Made by a program: the position numbers and the translations under genes
Shown: positions 24,101 through 34,589 of the stretch, piece after piece
Position numbering within the stretch: position 1 is the stretch's first letter
How the letters are laid out: each line of letters opens with the position of its first letter
Source: Camelus dromedarius
Taxonomy: Eukaryota
NCBI RefSeq assembly: GCF_036321535.1
Contig: NC_087437.1
Coordinates: 64,296,001-64,360,000, forward strand
Direction: 5' to 3'
DNA length: 64,000 nucleotides
The notes under the pieces: generated by a model
The model's database searches: none
What the model was told of the DNA's origin: nothing
Seen by the model: only the letters and a program-made list of their open reading frames with translations

Positions 24101-25332
24101 CCTTCTTAGAGTTGGAGCCTGGAGCGAAACAAAGGGGAATGAAGGTCTCATAGCTCACTATGGACCCAGGGGTCCTCCCAGAGACATACCGAGCCCTGAA
24201 GGACCTGTCTCCTCTCCTTCCTGCCTGTGACACCCACTCCGCTTGTCTTCTTGCAGTGATCCTGCCTGCCTCCAGTGTGGACGAGGCCACCGGCTGTGGA
24301 GGTAAGAGGAACCTGCCCCACCTCATGATGCTGCCCTTCTATCCCCCTGCCCCCCAAGGAGGAGACCCACCTACTCCCACATCTGGAGTCTCTCCACTTC
24401 CCGCTCCAGACACATAGACTTTGTTGAGGTCCCACTTTAGCCCATGCATAGGGGAGTCTGGACAGTTCCATCTGTGCCCCCCAGCTAGGAGGTGGGCATC
24501 AAGTCTGTATTCTGGGAGAGTCACCCAGCTCCACAGTACTGGTTGTCTCCTCTGACCCAAGCTACAGGTGGTCCTGTGAGACAGAGCTCTGGTGACAGGT
24601 CCCCCCAGCCTCCTGTTTCTTATGGCTCTGGTCTCAAAGCCCTTTTCTTTACACCTCAGAGCCTTCTGTTGGGAGGCAGTTGGGGGCCTTCACAGTGGCC
24701 CTTGCCTTACCTCCTTACCTCTTCTCCCAGGGTTCAGTCTCATCCACCTGGTGGCCACGGGCATCTCCTGCTTCCTGGGCTCTGGACTGCTGACCTTGGC
24801 AGTGTACCTGTCCTGCCAGCACTGCCAGCACCAGTCCCAAGAGTCTACACTCGTCCATCCTGCCACCCCCAACCACCTGCATTACAAGGGTGGGGGCACA
24901 CCCAAGAATGAGAAGTACACACCCATGGAATTCAAGGTGGGACCCCTCTTGTAGAAGCAGAGGGCAGGGTGCAGAGGGCAGAGGTCCTGGCCCTAAGCTG
25001 GGCATAACTGGGCTGGGCACTTGGGAGGGAGCGGTGGTGTGGTGAACAGAATGCTGTGTCAGCTGTCAGAATGTTCTCTCATCGACTGGCTCCTGATCTC
25101 CTTACCCTGGTCTGTCCCCTCCACCCATCTCTTCCTTCTCCCCTTCCTCCCTGGTTCCTTCATTCTCCCACAGACCCTGAACAAGAACAACCTGATCCCC
25201 GATGACAGAGCGAGTTTCTACCCATTGCAGCAGACCAATGTGTACACGACCACCTACTACCCCAGTCCACTGAACAAACACAGCTTCCGGCCTGAGGCCT
25301 CACCTGGACAACGGTGCTTCCCCAACAGCTGA
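7232..25332 (+). CDS. SEMA5B: Semaphorin-5B, 5'-partial multi-exon CDS: join(7232-7294,7653-7751,8242-8455,9118-9403,11735-11870,13027-13234,13339-13546,20226-20343,20493-20674,21843-21986,22170-22317,22448-22673,22875-23093,23519-23689,23791-23940,24257-24301,24731-24936,25174-25332)
   Basis: 18 exons, all GT-AG with matching phases, total 2982 nt = 993 aa + stop. Translation gives Sema domain (CGTNAFSP, RCPYDP, WTTFMKARLNCS), PSI (CLGARDPYCGWD), TSP1 repeats (WSxWSxCS), TM (LIHLVATGISCFLGSGLLTLAVYLSC) and C-terminus GQRCFPNS as recalled for SEMA5B. Confidence 0.97.
7653..7751 (+). CDS. SEMA5B: SEMA5B exon (EECQNYVRVL...CSSRQ)
   Basis: cttcag| ... CAG|gtgggg, 99 nt. Confidence 0.95.
7799..7995. 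mobile_element. MER53-like hAT MITE (palindromic)
   Basis: agggttgcca...gcccagttagatttgaatttcagataaacaac...atacttatactaaaa...aattcaaatttaa. Confidence 0.75.
8242..8455 (+). CDS. SEMA5B: SEMA5B exon (VGNLSRT...SKWLN)
   Basis: cctcag| ... ATG|gtaagg, 214 nt. Confidence 0.95.
8735..8950 (+). mobile_element. MIR SINE
   Basis: ggcaagtacttgacctgtctgtgcc...ctcacctgtaatatgggg...gttgttgagaggatcaaatg. Confidence 0.7.
9118..9403 (+). CDS. SEMA5B: SEMA5B exon (EPNFVAAY...FTTNV)
   Basis: ccccag| ... CGT|gtgagt, 286 nt. Confidence 0.95.
10375..11010 (-). mobile_element. L2 LINE fragment
   Basis: L2-like text (ggattttgatctttatcctaag...gaagtcattgaagggtttcaagcagg). Confidence 0.6.
11200..11435. mobile_element. 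hAT-Charlie DNA transposon fragment
   Basis: tagtaagggtaagta...tttcttacagtgg...aatgtttggaaaccactg terminus. Confidence 0.55.
11735..11870 (+). CDS. SEMA5B: SEMA5B exon (NSIAASAVC...PIPDFQ)
   Basis: tttcag| ... CAG|gtacag, 136 nt. Confidence 0.95.
12405..12610 (+). mobile_element. MIR SINE
   Basis: tgtgcgaccttgggcaagtcactcaac...cacctggcacagtgtct. Confidence 0.7.
13027..13234 (+). CDS. SEMA5B: SEMA5B exon (CGTLPEVG...LYIGT)
   Basis: ccgcag| ... CCG|gtgagc, 208 nt. Confidence 0.95.
13339..13546 (+). CDS. SEMA5B: SEMA5B exon (ESGTILKA...AYRSQG), end of Sema/start of PSI
   Basis: ctccag| ... AGGG|gtgagt, 208 nt. Confidence 0.95.
13995..14399 (-). mobile_element. Solo ERV LTR, intronic, antisense to SEMA5B; same family as 40270-40737
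   Basis: Extended similarity to 40270-40737 (ggactctttaatcaatagaaattg, aacaagtaacaggtgccct); minus-strand AATAAA; near-TSD cttt/cttg. Confidence 0.8.
14899..15000 (+). repeat. G-rich minisatellite, 24-bp unit AGGGTGTGACAGCGGGGAGGGGGT x4.25
   Basis: Units at 14899, 14923, 14947, 14971 plus partial. Confidence 0.9.
17775..18290 (-). mobile_element. L1 3' end (L1MA9/artiodactyl-type)
   Basis: Typical L1 3'UTR text (atagttgacttacaatg...ccatccatgttgctgcaaatggcattatttc). Confidence 0.85.
19600..19775. mobile_element. MER5-like hAT element (another at about 17535-17705)
   Basis: gtgattctaatgtgcagccagggtggagacccactg terminus. Confidence 0.55.
20226..20343 (+). CDS. SEMA5B: SEMA5B exon, PSI domain (ACLGARDPYCGWDG...ITACP)
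   Basis: tggcag| ... CCT|gtgaga, 118 nt; not called in the ORF track in this frame. Confidence 0.95.
20493..20674 (+). CDS. SEMA5B: SEMA5B exon, TSP1 (VRNVTQDGGFGPWSPW...ANCS)
   Basis: ctgcag| ... CAG|gtatgt, 182 nt. Confidence 0.95.
21129..21163. repeat. (CA)n microsatellite
   Basis: Direct observation. Confidence 0.95.
21843..21986 (+). CDS. SEMA5B: SEMA5B exon, TSP1 (NGAWTPWSSW...KSREE)
   Basis: caccag| ... GCG|gtgagc, 144 nt. Confidence 0.95.
22170..22317 (+). CDS. SEMA5B: SEMA5B exon, TSP1 (FCNENTPC...CPGCGV)
   Basis: cctcag| ... GTG|gtgagc, 148 nt. Confidence 0.95.
22448..22673 (+). CDS. SEMA5B: SEMA5B exon (EFKTCNPEGC...ACDTD)
   Basis: ctcaaag| (AAG acceptor) ... ATG|gtacag, 226 nt. 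Confidence 0.93.
22875..23093 (+). CDS. SEMA5B: SEMA5B exon, TSP1 (ALVEDLL...NPQACP)
   Basis: ccctag| ... CAG|gtaacc, 219 nt. Confidence 0.93.
23519..23689 (+). CDS. SEMA5B: SEMA5B exon, TSP1 (VRGAWSCW...TQACP)
   Basis: ttgcag| ... CAG|gtactg, 171 nt. Confidence 0.95.
23791..23940 (+). CDS. SEMA5B: SEMA5B exon, TSP1 (EGWSPWSEW...YSEIP)
   Basis: ccacag|AAG (NAGNAG) ... CTG|gtcagt, 150 nt. Confidence 0.93.
24257..24301 (+). CDS. SEMA5B: SEMA5B juxtamembrane exon (VILPASSVDEATGCG)
   Basis: ttgcag| ... GAG|gtaaga, 45 nt. Confidence 0.93.
24731..24936 (+). CDS. SEMA5B: SEMA5B transmembrane exon (GFSLIHLVATG...PMEFK)
   Basis: tcccag| ... AAG|gtggga, 206 nt; hydrophobic TM helix. Confidence 0.95.
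25174..25332 (+). CDS. SEMA5B: SEMA5B last coding exon (TLNKNNLIP...QRCFPNS*)
   Basis: ccacag|; TGA at 25330-25332. Confidence 0.95.
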   Translation, partial: TLNKNNLIPDDRASFYPLQQTNVYTTTYYPSPLNKHSFRPEASPGQRCFPNS

Positions 25333-26235
25333 TACCACTGTCCTGGGGACTTGGACTCCTTGCCTTCCTAAGGCACAGAGCAGGTGGAGATGGGACGGTG
25401 GAGCCAGTGTGGTTTTCTCCCTCTACACTAAGCCAAGAACTTGCTGCCTTGCCTTGTGGGGGTCCCGTCTGGCTTCAGAGAGCTTTGGCTGGCAGTGACC
25501 ATGGGGGAGAGGGCTGGCTTCACGCTGGCACATGGCTGCAGTTCCAGCTCAGCCCAGGTTTCTGACGGTCTCCTTGCAACCCACCATCATGCTGATCTCC
25601 CCTGCTGTGTCTGGGCTGCGGACCTCCTAGGCATGTGAGGAATTGGAGAGTGGAGATGGCAGGAGGGAAGGATTTTAGGTTTGGGTTGGAAATGATGGCC
25701 CACGTGGCCATCATGGGCCGTGGCTGCCCCTCTATGGCTGGCCCCAGAAAGGGCCTGGGCCACATCCTGGTGATCTCTGAAAGAAACTAATCAAATGGCC
25801 CCAGTAGCTCTGGATTCTCTGCCCAGGGCTGGGCCATTGTGGTGCTGCCCCAGTGTGCCATGGGGTCCAAGCCAGCCCAGGTTGTCCACCTCGCCTAGCA
25901 GTCTGCACTTTGCCCAGGGACATCCCTCTGGTCAGAGGCATTGAGGACTGGGGACTGGAGACTAATCTTTGCTGAGAAGTCCTTTAATCTGGGCTGGCAC
26001 ATTCCTCATCCTTGCCCTCAGAATGCACGAATGGTGGCCAGGGGGGAAAGGGAGGCAGGAGTACAGCCTCTGTGCCATGCTGGAGACTGTCTTCCAGTTG
26101 CTGCTGAACAGAGCTGTTGGCTGAGACCTGCTTGGGAGCCTCTGCTGGCCCCTCATCTGTTCAGGAACACACACGTACACATACAATCACAATCTGCTAC
26201 AGCAACAAAGAGGGTGTTGGACTGTGGTGTTATTA

Positions 26236-26241
26236 ATTAAA
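26236..26241 (+). terminator. SEMA5B: SEMA5B polyadenylation signal (ATTAAA); 3'UTR about 25333-26260
   Basis: First hexamer after the stop, followed by GT-rich sequence (gttgtcttc, gtgtggg). Confidence 0.7.
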
Positions 26242-27989
26242 GATGATACCAGTCTCCAAATATAACGTTGTCTTCATGCATACGTGTGGGCTCCTCTTGG
26301 CCTGGTCTAGTCAATTAGAGTGATGCACTGGGGTGACAGATGGTTTTCTCAGGGTGGGGGAGATGACCCACATAGAGTGTGACTTTAACGCACACACACG
26401 CAGGTTGCCCTAAACCCTGATTGGGAAAGAGGTTAGGGATAAACAGATTGATAAGGAGGGACACAGAGTGCACCAGATGCAGCACAACGGAAGATTTCTG
26501 CTCGTTCCCTCCGTAGCTCTAACAGACAACAGCTCCATGGCAGAAATGTGCGAGTCCAGCAGCGGGGTATGCATGAGGGTTATTTTATGAGGTATTTACA
26601 TTGATGAGTTTAATAAAGTTAAAACAGAAATGAGTAAATCTGAGGTGAAGGCAGCCCGCTGTAGTTTTTGCTGGATTAAATAAAAATAACCTTCGAGCCT
26701 CAGCCCGCCAAATCAATACTACCATTTTCGCTAAGATTGATGGACACGTTAAATTTAGAGAGCAATTTCCTGGCTTAATTGGCTGAATCGATTCTTACAG
26801 TATTCCCAGCAAAATCTTGTAGGTCAGGCAGTAAAGGCTGAGATCCTGGGGGAAGAGGAGGCAGAGGATCTTGGGGAGGGAAGGAGGAAGATGAAGGAAA
26901 GAGTGTTCCTGGACCTCGTGTCTCGGGGTTCCTTGTGTTCACTGGGACAATTGCAATAGCAATGTCCTTTGGCCAGCATGGAGCCCAATCAGAGAGAGCT
27001 CAGGGGTCACATGAGTATTTCCGCAGTTTGGGGATACCTCACTGGGTTCCTGTTAGCCTTATGAATCCAGAGTTTGTAAGGACCTGTGTTAGATCTTGGG
27101 GTTTTGGAGTCCCTTGGACTTGGTGGAGCCAGTGCAGTTCAAGAGTATTCCAGGGTCCAGGTGCCTGCTTCACAAGGGCCACTAGTCTATGTCCAAGTGG
27201 AGGCCCTGGACAGGTCTGTAGGAATTAGTCACAGAGAATTCACAGCTCAAGTCCAGCCCCTGTTGACTGGAATGGCATCAGTGGAATGGAAACCCATGCG
27301 TGTCATGGCAGAACACACCCCACACATGCACACACTCACACACTCTGCATTCTGTTTATAAAAACTTGTGTTTTTGGAGGCACAGCCATTCATATCACAG
27401 GAAAGGATCCACACTGCATGAAGATTCGCTTGCATGGTTGGCTGTCTACTTTGTAAACAGCCCTGATCCAGAGATGGAGGAAGCCAGAAATCTGCTCCCT
27501 GACAAGGAGGGTGTGGTGCTCTCTGGCAGGTGCTTGAGGCCACGTGGATGGCTGCATGGATCCCTGCATGGTGTCAGGAAGCTGAGGTGTGAAAGGTGAG
27601 GGGGCTTCACAGGCCCAGCTGGCTCAGCAAGAGCCTCTCTTGCTGAAAGGGAGGACGTTAGCGGGTTGAGTGCTCTAGGCTTTCTTGGGCCCTCTTGTCT
27701 TTAAATAACTCCAAGTGTGCATGTGTGTGTGTGTATAAGCATGCATGCACATGTGTTCCCTTATTATTAAAGTAATACGTGTTCATTACAGAAAATGTCA
27801 AGACTATAGGAAACCAAAAATATAATCACAGTTATATTAAAAACCAAGGCAGAGACTTAGGGATTTTAAATGGTGATGTCTCCATATCTCTCCAGAAGCA
27901 AAAAGAACAACAACAAAAAAGCCTTGCCACTATTTTCAATAAAACTGGGATGCATCTGTAATCCTAGATCATAATGTGTGAAGACAGAA

Positions 27990-29340
27990 AGCAGATGGAG
28001 GAATAGCAGTCATCTAGTAGAGTGGATGTGGGTCAAACCTGAGCACCCAATCTGAGAAAGAATCAGAAGTTGGAGGAATACAGTATCAGGGAAGGTGGAG
28101 CCTGAAAAGACAGGGATTGGTTGGAAATCTGTGTGGAAGCTTCAGCTAGCCCCTCAAGTTTGTTTTCACTCTCAACCCTTACGGCTGAATCACCACTCCT
28201 CTGTCTCCACAGAGGATGATAAGTATGTTCCCTTGAGATACTGAACCAGAGAGGCCCTGAACATGAGAATACCAGGCACAGACGTGGGTGTGTGGTGAGG
28301 GGCTGTTGGGACAGCTAGGAGGTTAAAGGACTATGACTATTACTGGAATGCAGAAGTTTCCTTTTCCAGCTAACTCCAAGGTTCTGGCACCCAGTTTCTC
28401 CCCCTTCCTCTTCTCCCAGGTAAGAGATTAGCAGATGATTCTTTGAAGGAGCAAATCAAGCCCAAAATCCTAAAAGAATAACCAGCTGGTCCTTCATGCA
28501 GCAGTTGTACAGAGTACACAGAGTTTGCAGTCAGTGTCTAGTGCCTCACTATTAAATAAGAAATAAGAATAAGAATGGGCAGATAAGGGTCACAGACATC
28601 AGAGAAAAAGCTCCAACATGAAAGAAAGACCAAAACAAGCACACAGATACAGAGGAACTCAATGAAAATAGAGAAAACAGAAAGAACATCGCAAAGATAT
28701 GACAGTTCTTCAGAAAAATGTGAAGATATTGCATTCATGAAAAAAGAACAAGATGCAGTAAAAAAGACAAATTAAAGCTCTTCAAAATTAGAAAATATGA
28801 CAGCAGGAAAAAAAAAAGTAGTAAAAGGGTTTAAAGATAAAATTTCCCTGAAAGTTGAACAAAAAGACAAAGAGATGGAAAATGGGAGAGAAAAGATAAG
28901 AAAATTAGAGGACCAATCCAGGAGTTCTAACAGCCTGTTGGAAAATTCAGAGGAGGAACTTATCTAAAAAGGAATACAGGAAAATTTGCTGGAACCAAAG
29001 AAGATCTCCAGATTCAACAGCCCACCCAGTACCCAGCACCTTGATGAAAAAGATTTACCCTGAGGCACATAACATGACGTTAAAAAATATCACCCTTTAA
29101 GAGTCAAACGCAGGAGGGGCCTGGGGAGAGACGTCAGGCTGACAGCAATGTGCCAGGCCTGGGGAGCAACAGTCCAGATTAGCCTGGGAAGACAGTGTGC
29201 ACCCAGAGGGACCCAGGGAAGACGTGAACAGGTGGATTATCTGGAGGTTTTAATGGAAAATTGTATGAAGATTTAGTTTATAAAACTGTTGGGGTGGTGG
29301 AGAAAGACTTAAATTTGAGTTTAAAGGAAACTAAGCAAAA
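27990..29340 (+). mobile_element. Degenerate HAL1/L1M 5'/ORF1-like fragment
   Basis: A-rich ORF1-like text similar to 2430-3830 (agaaaattagaggaccaatccaggagttc). Confidence 0.5.
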
Positions 29341-29401
29341 AAAAAGGTCAGTTTTTGGTTCTTGCTGTGTGATTTATTTAAATTTCTTTTAAAAGTTATT
29401 T

Positions 29402-29525
29402 AGGGGGGAGGTAATTAGGTTTATTTATTTATTATTATTATTATTTTGGTGACGATACTAGGGATTGAACCCAGGACCTCGTGCGTGCTAAGCATGCACT
29501 CTGCCACTGGGCTATACCCTCTCCC
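29402..29525 (-). mobile_element. tRNA-Ala-derived SINE (camelid vic-1-like)
   Basis: Minus strand gggagagggTATAGCCCAGTGGcagagtgcatgcttagcacgcacgaggtcctGGGTTCAATCCc; A and B boxes, AT-rich tail. Confidence 0.85.
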
Positions 29526-32500
29526 ATTGAACTTTTTTTTCATATTAATAACACAGGTATAGAAAAACCGCACAACATTATTACTTAGTGAATAAAGAGC
29601 AAACACCTCTGCAACAACCACCCAGGCCAAAAAGAACTTTGACCAACACCCTGGATCCCTTTCCTCTGTCCCATCCCTGTCACAGCTGCCTCCCTCCCTC
29701 CAAAAATGAGATAATGATTAACACCAAGACAAACAAAAGAGCATACAAAAAAGGAAAGTGTGAAATCAGGATATTTGTGTAATCATAATAATTAAAACAT
29801 TACATATGGACTGAAGCATGACTTCAATACAGATATGTTAATTTTTTATCAGAGGGGACATCATCAGAGGGACAGACCTTTGAGCTTTTGGTGCCAGCTG
29901 AATGTTGGGTTGAATATTGGAAAAGAAAGGAATAAAAAACTTCTTTTAAAGGATTTTTTATTGATTATAACTATGGTACATATTAATTAAGAAATTCTGC
30001 AAAGTGAAACCCAAAAAATTATGAGAAGAAAATAGAAATGCCCTAAAATCCAATCAGGAGATAGCCTTCATGATTTCAGTGTTTTTCTCTTCCAGGCCTT
30101 TTTCTACAGCTATGTGTGCATTTGAGAGCATTTTACAAAATTAAGACATACCAGGTATGTGGTTTTTATTATGATTTTAACACGCAATATTCTATCCCTA
30201 TTTCCCCACGTTGTTAAAAATTCTTCTCTGAGCCATAGGACCCCTTCCAGCGCTGTCCTAGAAGTGGGGCAGGGCCCGGAGAGAGGGCCTTGTTCGCACA
30301 GCTCCACAGATAACTGCACCCCGCCCCCACCGCTTCAAGAAAGTTCAATTTTTATGTCATTGTTTATACCACTGAGGAAGATTTACTTTGCAAAAGTTTG
30401 CATCATGGTTGACAAATCCTGACCTAAAACATTCCATTATATAAACTCGATTTCCGTTACACAGATTTATCTAGCCTATTGCATAAATGTATTCTACTCA
30501 ATTTTATAAATGTATCAGTCTAGTACATAAATTAATCATGATTGATTTAAACCACTCCGATTTGTTTCAAATTTTTCTTACCAAAGAATACTATTACGGA
30601 CCTTCTAATCCATATCTCTGACTACGTCCTTAGGATAAATCCCAGAAGTGAAGGCCCTTAACTTCTGTGGCCAAGTGGCTTGCTGATGGGAGTCCACACC
30701 CACCAGCAGTGCGTTCTCACTGCATTATCACTAGCCCTAAGAGCTAACTCTTACAAGCGCTGTCACCTCCAAGCAACGTGCCAAGTGCTAGGCATTGATC
30801 CTATTCAGTTCTCACAATAATCCCAAAAGGAACATACTATTGTCATGCCCATTTTAGAGATGAGGAAACTGGGGTTTAATAAATTTGAATAACTTGCTCA
30901 AAGTCATGTCAGTGAGAGAGTCAGAATTTCAACCCAGGCAGCCCATGGCCTTCTTATCAGCTTGATAATTTTTTTTTTAAAAAAGCATAATTGTTTAAAT
31001 GTTCTTTCCTAAATATTTACTGAGTGGCCCTTTGCTCCCCATAGGTGTAATGGCCAGTTGCATTTCTTCTTTTTAGGGGGAATATTTTGTCCCTTTTCTC
31101 TCAGATGGTCATCTTTTCCCTATTGCTTTATAGATACTCTTATATAGAAGAGATATTAATCCTTGGTAAAAAAAAAAAAAAAAGGTAAATATAATGAAGA
31201 AAATCGGTAGAACCAGTTACATTGGATTTTATCACATTATTTTCTCTACTTTTGTGTATGTTTGAAAAATTCAACAATAAAAAGGTTTAAAATTTTTTTA
31301 AGATGTAAATAGTTCCCTAATTGATCCTATGCCTGTTTTGATACACAGATGTATGAATTTTTTACATAGAACTACTGATATTTTAAAATGAAAATCACAC
31401 TGATTTTGCTTGAATGACCTTGAGGTAATGTCTTCTCACTGTCACCACCATGAATCTCAGGGATGTAGGTTTTAGGGGACACATTTCTCTCCTTCCGCAC
31501 GTGCTGCATGGCAACTGCTACTCTAAACAAGTAGACAGGGTCCAGACTGGGGAACTATTGGTTTGGGACTTGACTTAGGGGAGCTCACATCGTTAGGCAC
31601 TCCAGAGGAAGTGTGTGTCTTGAAGGGAGAAAAAGAACAGAGTGTGGGTTGAGAGGTCCATTTGTCCGGGAGGAAGAAATAGTGTTGCCCCCTTCTACCT
31701 GTCAGGGCAAGTGAGGTTTAGGTAAGAAACAAAAACGGGGGCTCCTCCCTCTGGTAGCAGACACTGGCCATGTGGTGGACAGTTATTGGGACCCAGAGTA
31801 CAGGGGACCCTTGCTGCACAGCCCAGTCCCTGAGTAGGTCAAATATAACCTTGAAGCATCCAAGGTTAGGAGTGCATTAATGATACAAAGAGGTCAACTC
31901 CCTACACGGTCAGGCAGATGCTGCTGGCAGGAGGCATCATACCTGGGTGAGGATCTGGCCTTCCCTGACTAGATGCTGGATTCCAAAGCCATACAGCACA
32001 ATTCAAGCCTCTATATTCACAATTAAAATTTCGTCTGACTAGGTACATACACGAAGCCCGGGGACGGAGGATATTGACCAAACTTGCTCTGACAGGCGGC
32101 AGCGGGCAGGCGCCTGCTCCTCGTAGCCATGCTGCACATGCGCCGTGTGGGAGAATGGATGTTGGACCAACTGTCAAGGGCTCTGTCTCTAGGTCACCGC
32201 TCACCAGCTGCGTGACCTCAGCAAATCTCTTCCCTCATTGGGTTTCAGTTTCCTGGCCTACGTAATGTCAGGGTTGGGCCTAGGGTCCCTACCAAGTTCT
32301 GTGATTCCCAGAGCTTCGGGGAAACATCTTGCACATGGTGCTTTTTCCTCTTTGACACCAGCCCAGCGCTCTGGGGTTGCTCCGGGCCTGACTCTGCCAC
32401 CTGTAACTTGTCTCAGTGTCTGTGCTACTCAGCGCTTGGTCATCTTCTGGGGACACCAGGCACCCTAAATCCAGTGTCCTCACGCAGGAGCCTGGGAAAA

Positions 32501-32526
32501 TGTCTTTCTCAGAGTCTCCCATTCTT

Positions 32527-32620
32527 TTTTCTTTTTTTCAATGGAGGTCCTGGGGATTGAACCCAGGACCTCAAGCATGCTAAGCACACACTGTGCCATG
32601 GAGGTATACCCTCCTCTCCA
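32527..32620 (-). mobile_element. tRNA-derived SINE (vic-1-like) with TSD
   Basis: TSD agtctcccattctt (32513-32526) / agtctctcattctt (32621-32634). Confidence 0.85.
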
Positions 32621-34086
32621 AGTCTCTCATTCTTGATTCCTGGGCCCCAAGTTCCCCTTGGACAATGGATACCATGCATATAATGTGTGCTTATGTATAG
32701 ATACATAGAATTCATGACACTTTGGCTTTGATCTTGATATTCAGCCAAATAGCTGAGAACTGGCTTTCAGCCTCAGCTTTTGGAAGTCTACACCGCTGAA
32801 TGTGTACTTCATCATTTACAGCACCCCTGAGCTTGTGCCTGAGCCACAGCAATGGTTACGTGAGTTACCATTACATCAGATCAGCTTGTTAACTCCAGTG
32901 GCAGGCACAGGGCACGCCATTTAGATTCTTTGTTACTAGATGACACTCACTCTAAATGTCTAGATGAATCTTGAGGTGAAAATCTCTTGATGCTTCATAT
33001 GTTAAAATTCTTTTTTTTTCATATTTTAAAATTCTATCAGTCAGTGGAACTATATATGTATGTTCAGTATTGCAAGAGTAAAACGCCCCACTACTTAATG
33101 ATAATTGTGAAAGCTGCTAATTTTATGTTCAAACACAATGAAGCACTTTAGCAAATAAATAGGGAGCAAGGTTGAGAGTTGAATTTTGAGAGAGAATGTT
33201 AGCTAGAAAACTTTAAGAACGTAATAGTCTTTGTGAGCTAATAAATGTTAATTTTAAATAATAGGGCAGAATAAGATAGATTTGATTAAATCATAATTCT
33301 AATATTTGCCAACTGGCTTGGTGTCTACCATTCGTTATGTTAAACAAAATAACTTTTAATCAATATGTTTAATTTTTGGTATTTAATTTCATTTAGGTTA
33401 TAAGTTTTTCAAGAATAAATTCTATTTGGGAATTCACATCTTATGAAAATGGATTTTTAAAAAAGAATGTCAGTTTTTCTACTTCATTTCATAAGCAGAA
33501 AAAATTACCAAACCATGTATAATATCCATGATAAGTCACCTTTAATCTAGACATAATAAAGAACATAAAAGGAGTGGAGAAAAGAAAAAAAAAATCCAGG
33601 AAAATGTAGTATCAAAAAAAATCAGGCTTCTCTACTGTTCTCAGTGGAGCGAGCATCTACTTAGCATCACAAAATTGCAGCTGACCGCAGTAATGTCAAA
33701 TTTAAAATTTGACGATTAACAATTTTAATAGCAAAATTATAAGAATAATTCTTTTTTTGGAGAATGAGGTTTCAGATTAATTCTTGCATCCCAAATGATT
33801 TCTTTTTTCTTTTTCTTTTTCTTTTTTTTTTTTTTTTTTTTTTTTGAGAAGGTGATATCTGGCTTTGGCTTCAGCTATAACCCAATATTGATTTTAGCAC
33901 TTGCCCCAGTGTGCGGTCCAGAGGAACGTATAAGCCTGCTGGCACACACTGCTCAGCACAAGGCTGTCCATTTACCAACCCTCCTGCAGAGTGTTCCACG
34001 GCTATCTTTTTTTCCTAACTATTGTACCACCATTTATTTAACCAAATCCCTAGTGATGGACTTTTAGGATACTTCCAGTCTTCTGT

Positions 34087-34589
34087 TGATGTGGGAAGCC
34101 CCATGAAAAAGACAGCAGGACCCCCAGGCAGGGCCACTACCCTTCTGCCAGCACCATTCTGTTCCCTGGCCCTGCAGCATTATCTCGCTTTTTAAACTCT
34201 GAAACTGCTTACTTCTAGAAAAGCGGAACTTATCCCTAAGATTCTATTGGTTCCCTGAGCTAACTCCTGATTGGTCCATTTCCCTCACTCCTGATTGGTC
34301 CATTTCTACAAAGCTTGTTCCTAATCAGTCACCTTTGTTATACCTTATTTGCATATGATGTTGCAAAATGTTGCAAAGTCTAGACTGGTAGCCTATAAAA
34401 ACCTGTGTAAACCTACAGACGGGGTCCAGAGCTTGGAGTGTTAACTCCTCTGGGCCCACTGGTGTAATAAACCTGAGTTCTGCAACTCTCTGAGTGTTGC
34501 TTTGTCTCTCACCCATATCTAGGTTGCTGTCACAACTGAGCTGTAACACTGAACTGTAACACTGAGCTATAACACACTTTGCTGCAACA
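34087..34589 (+). mobile_element. Solo ERV1-type LTR
   Basis: TG...CA termini, perfect 4-bp TSD ctgt (34083-34086, 34590-34593), CCAAT boxes, TATAAAA 34394, AATAAA 34466. Confidence 0.9.

Noticed and set aside
29455..29525. tRNA-like sequences (also about 32550, 35680, 36920)
   Set aside because: SINE heads with AT-rich tails, TSDs and a degenerate acceptor stem, not tRNA genes
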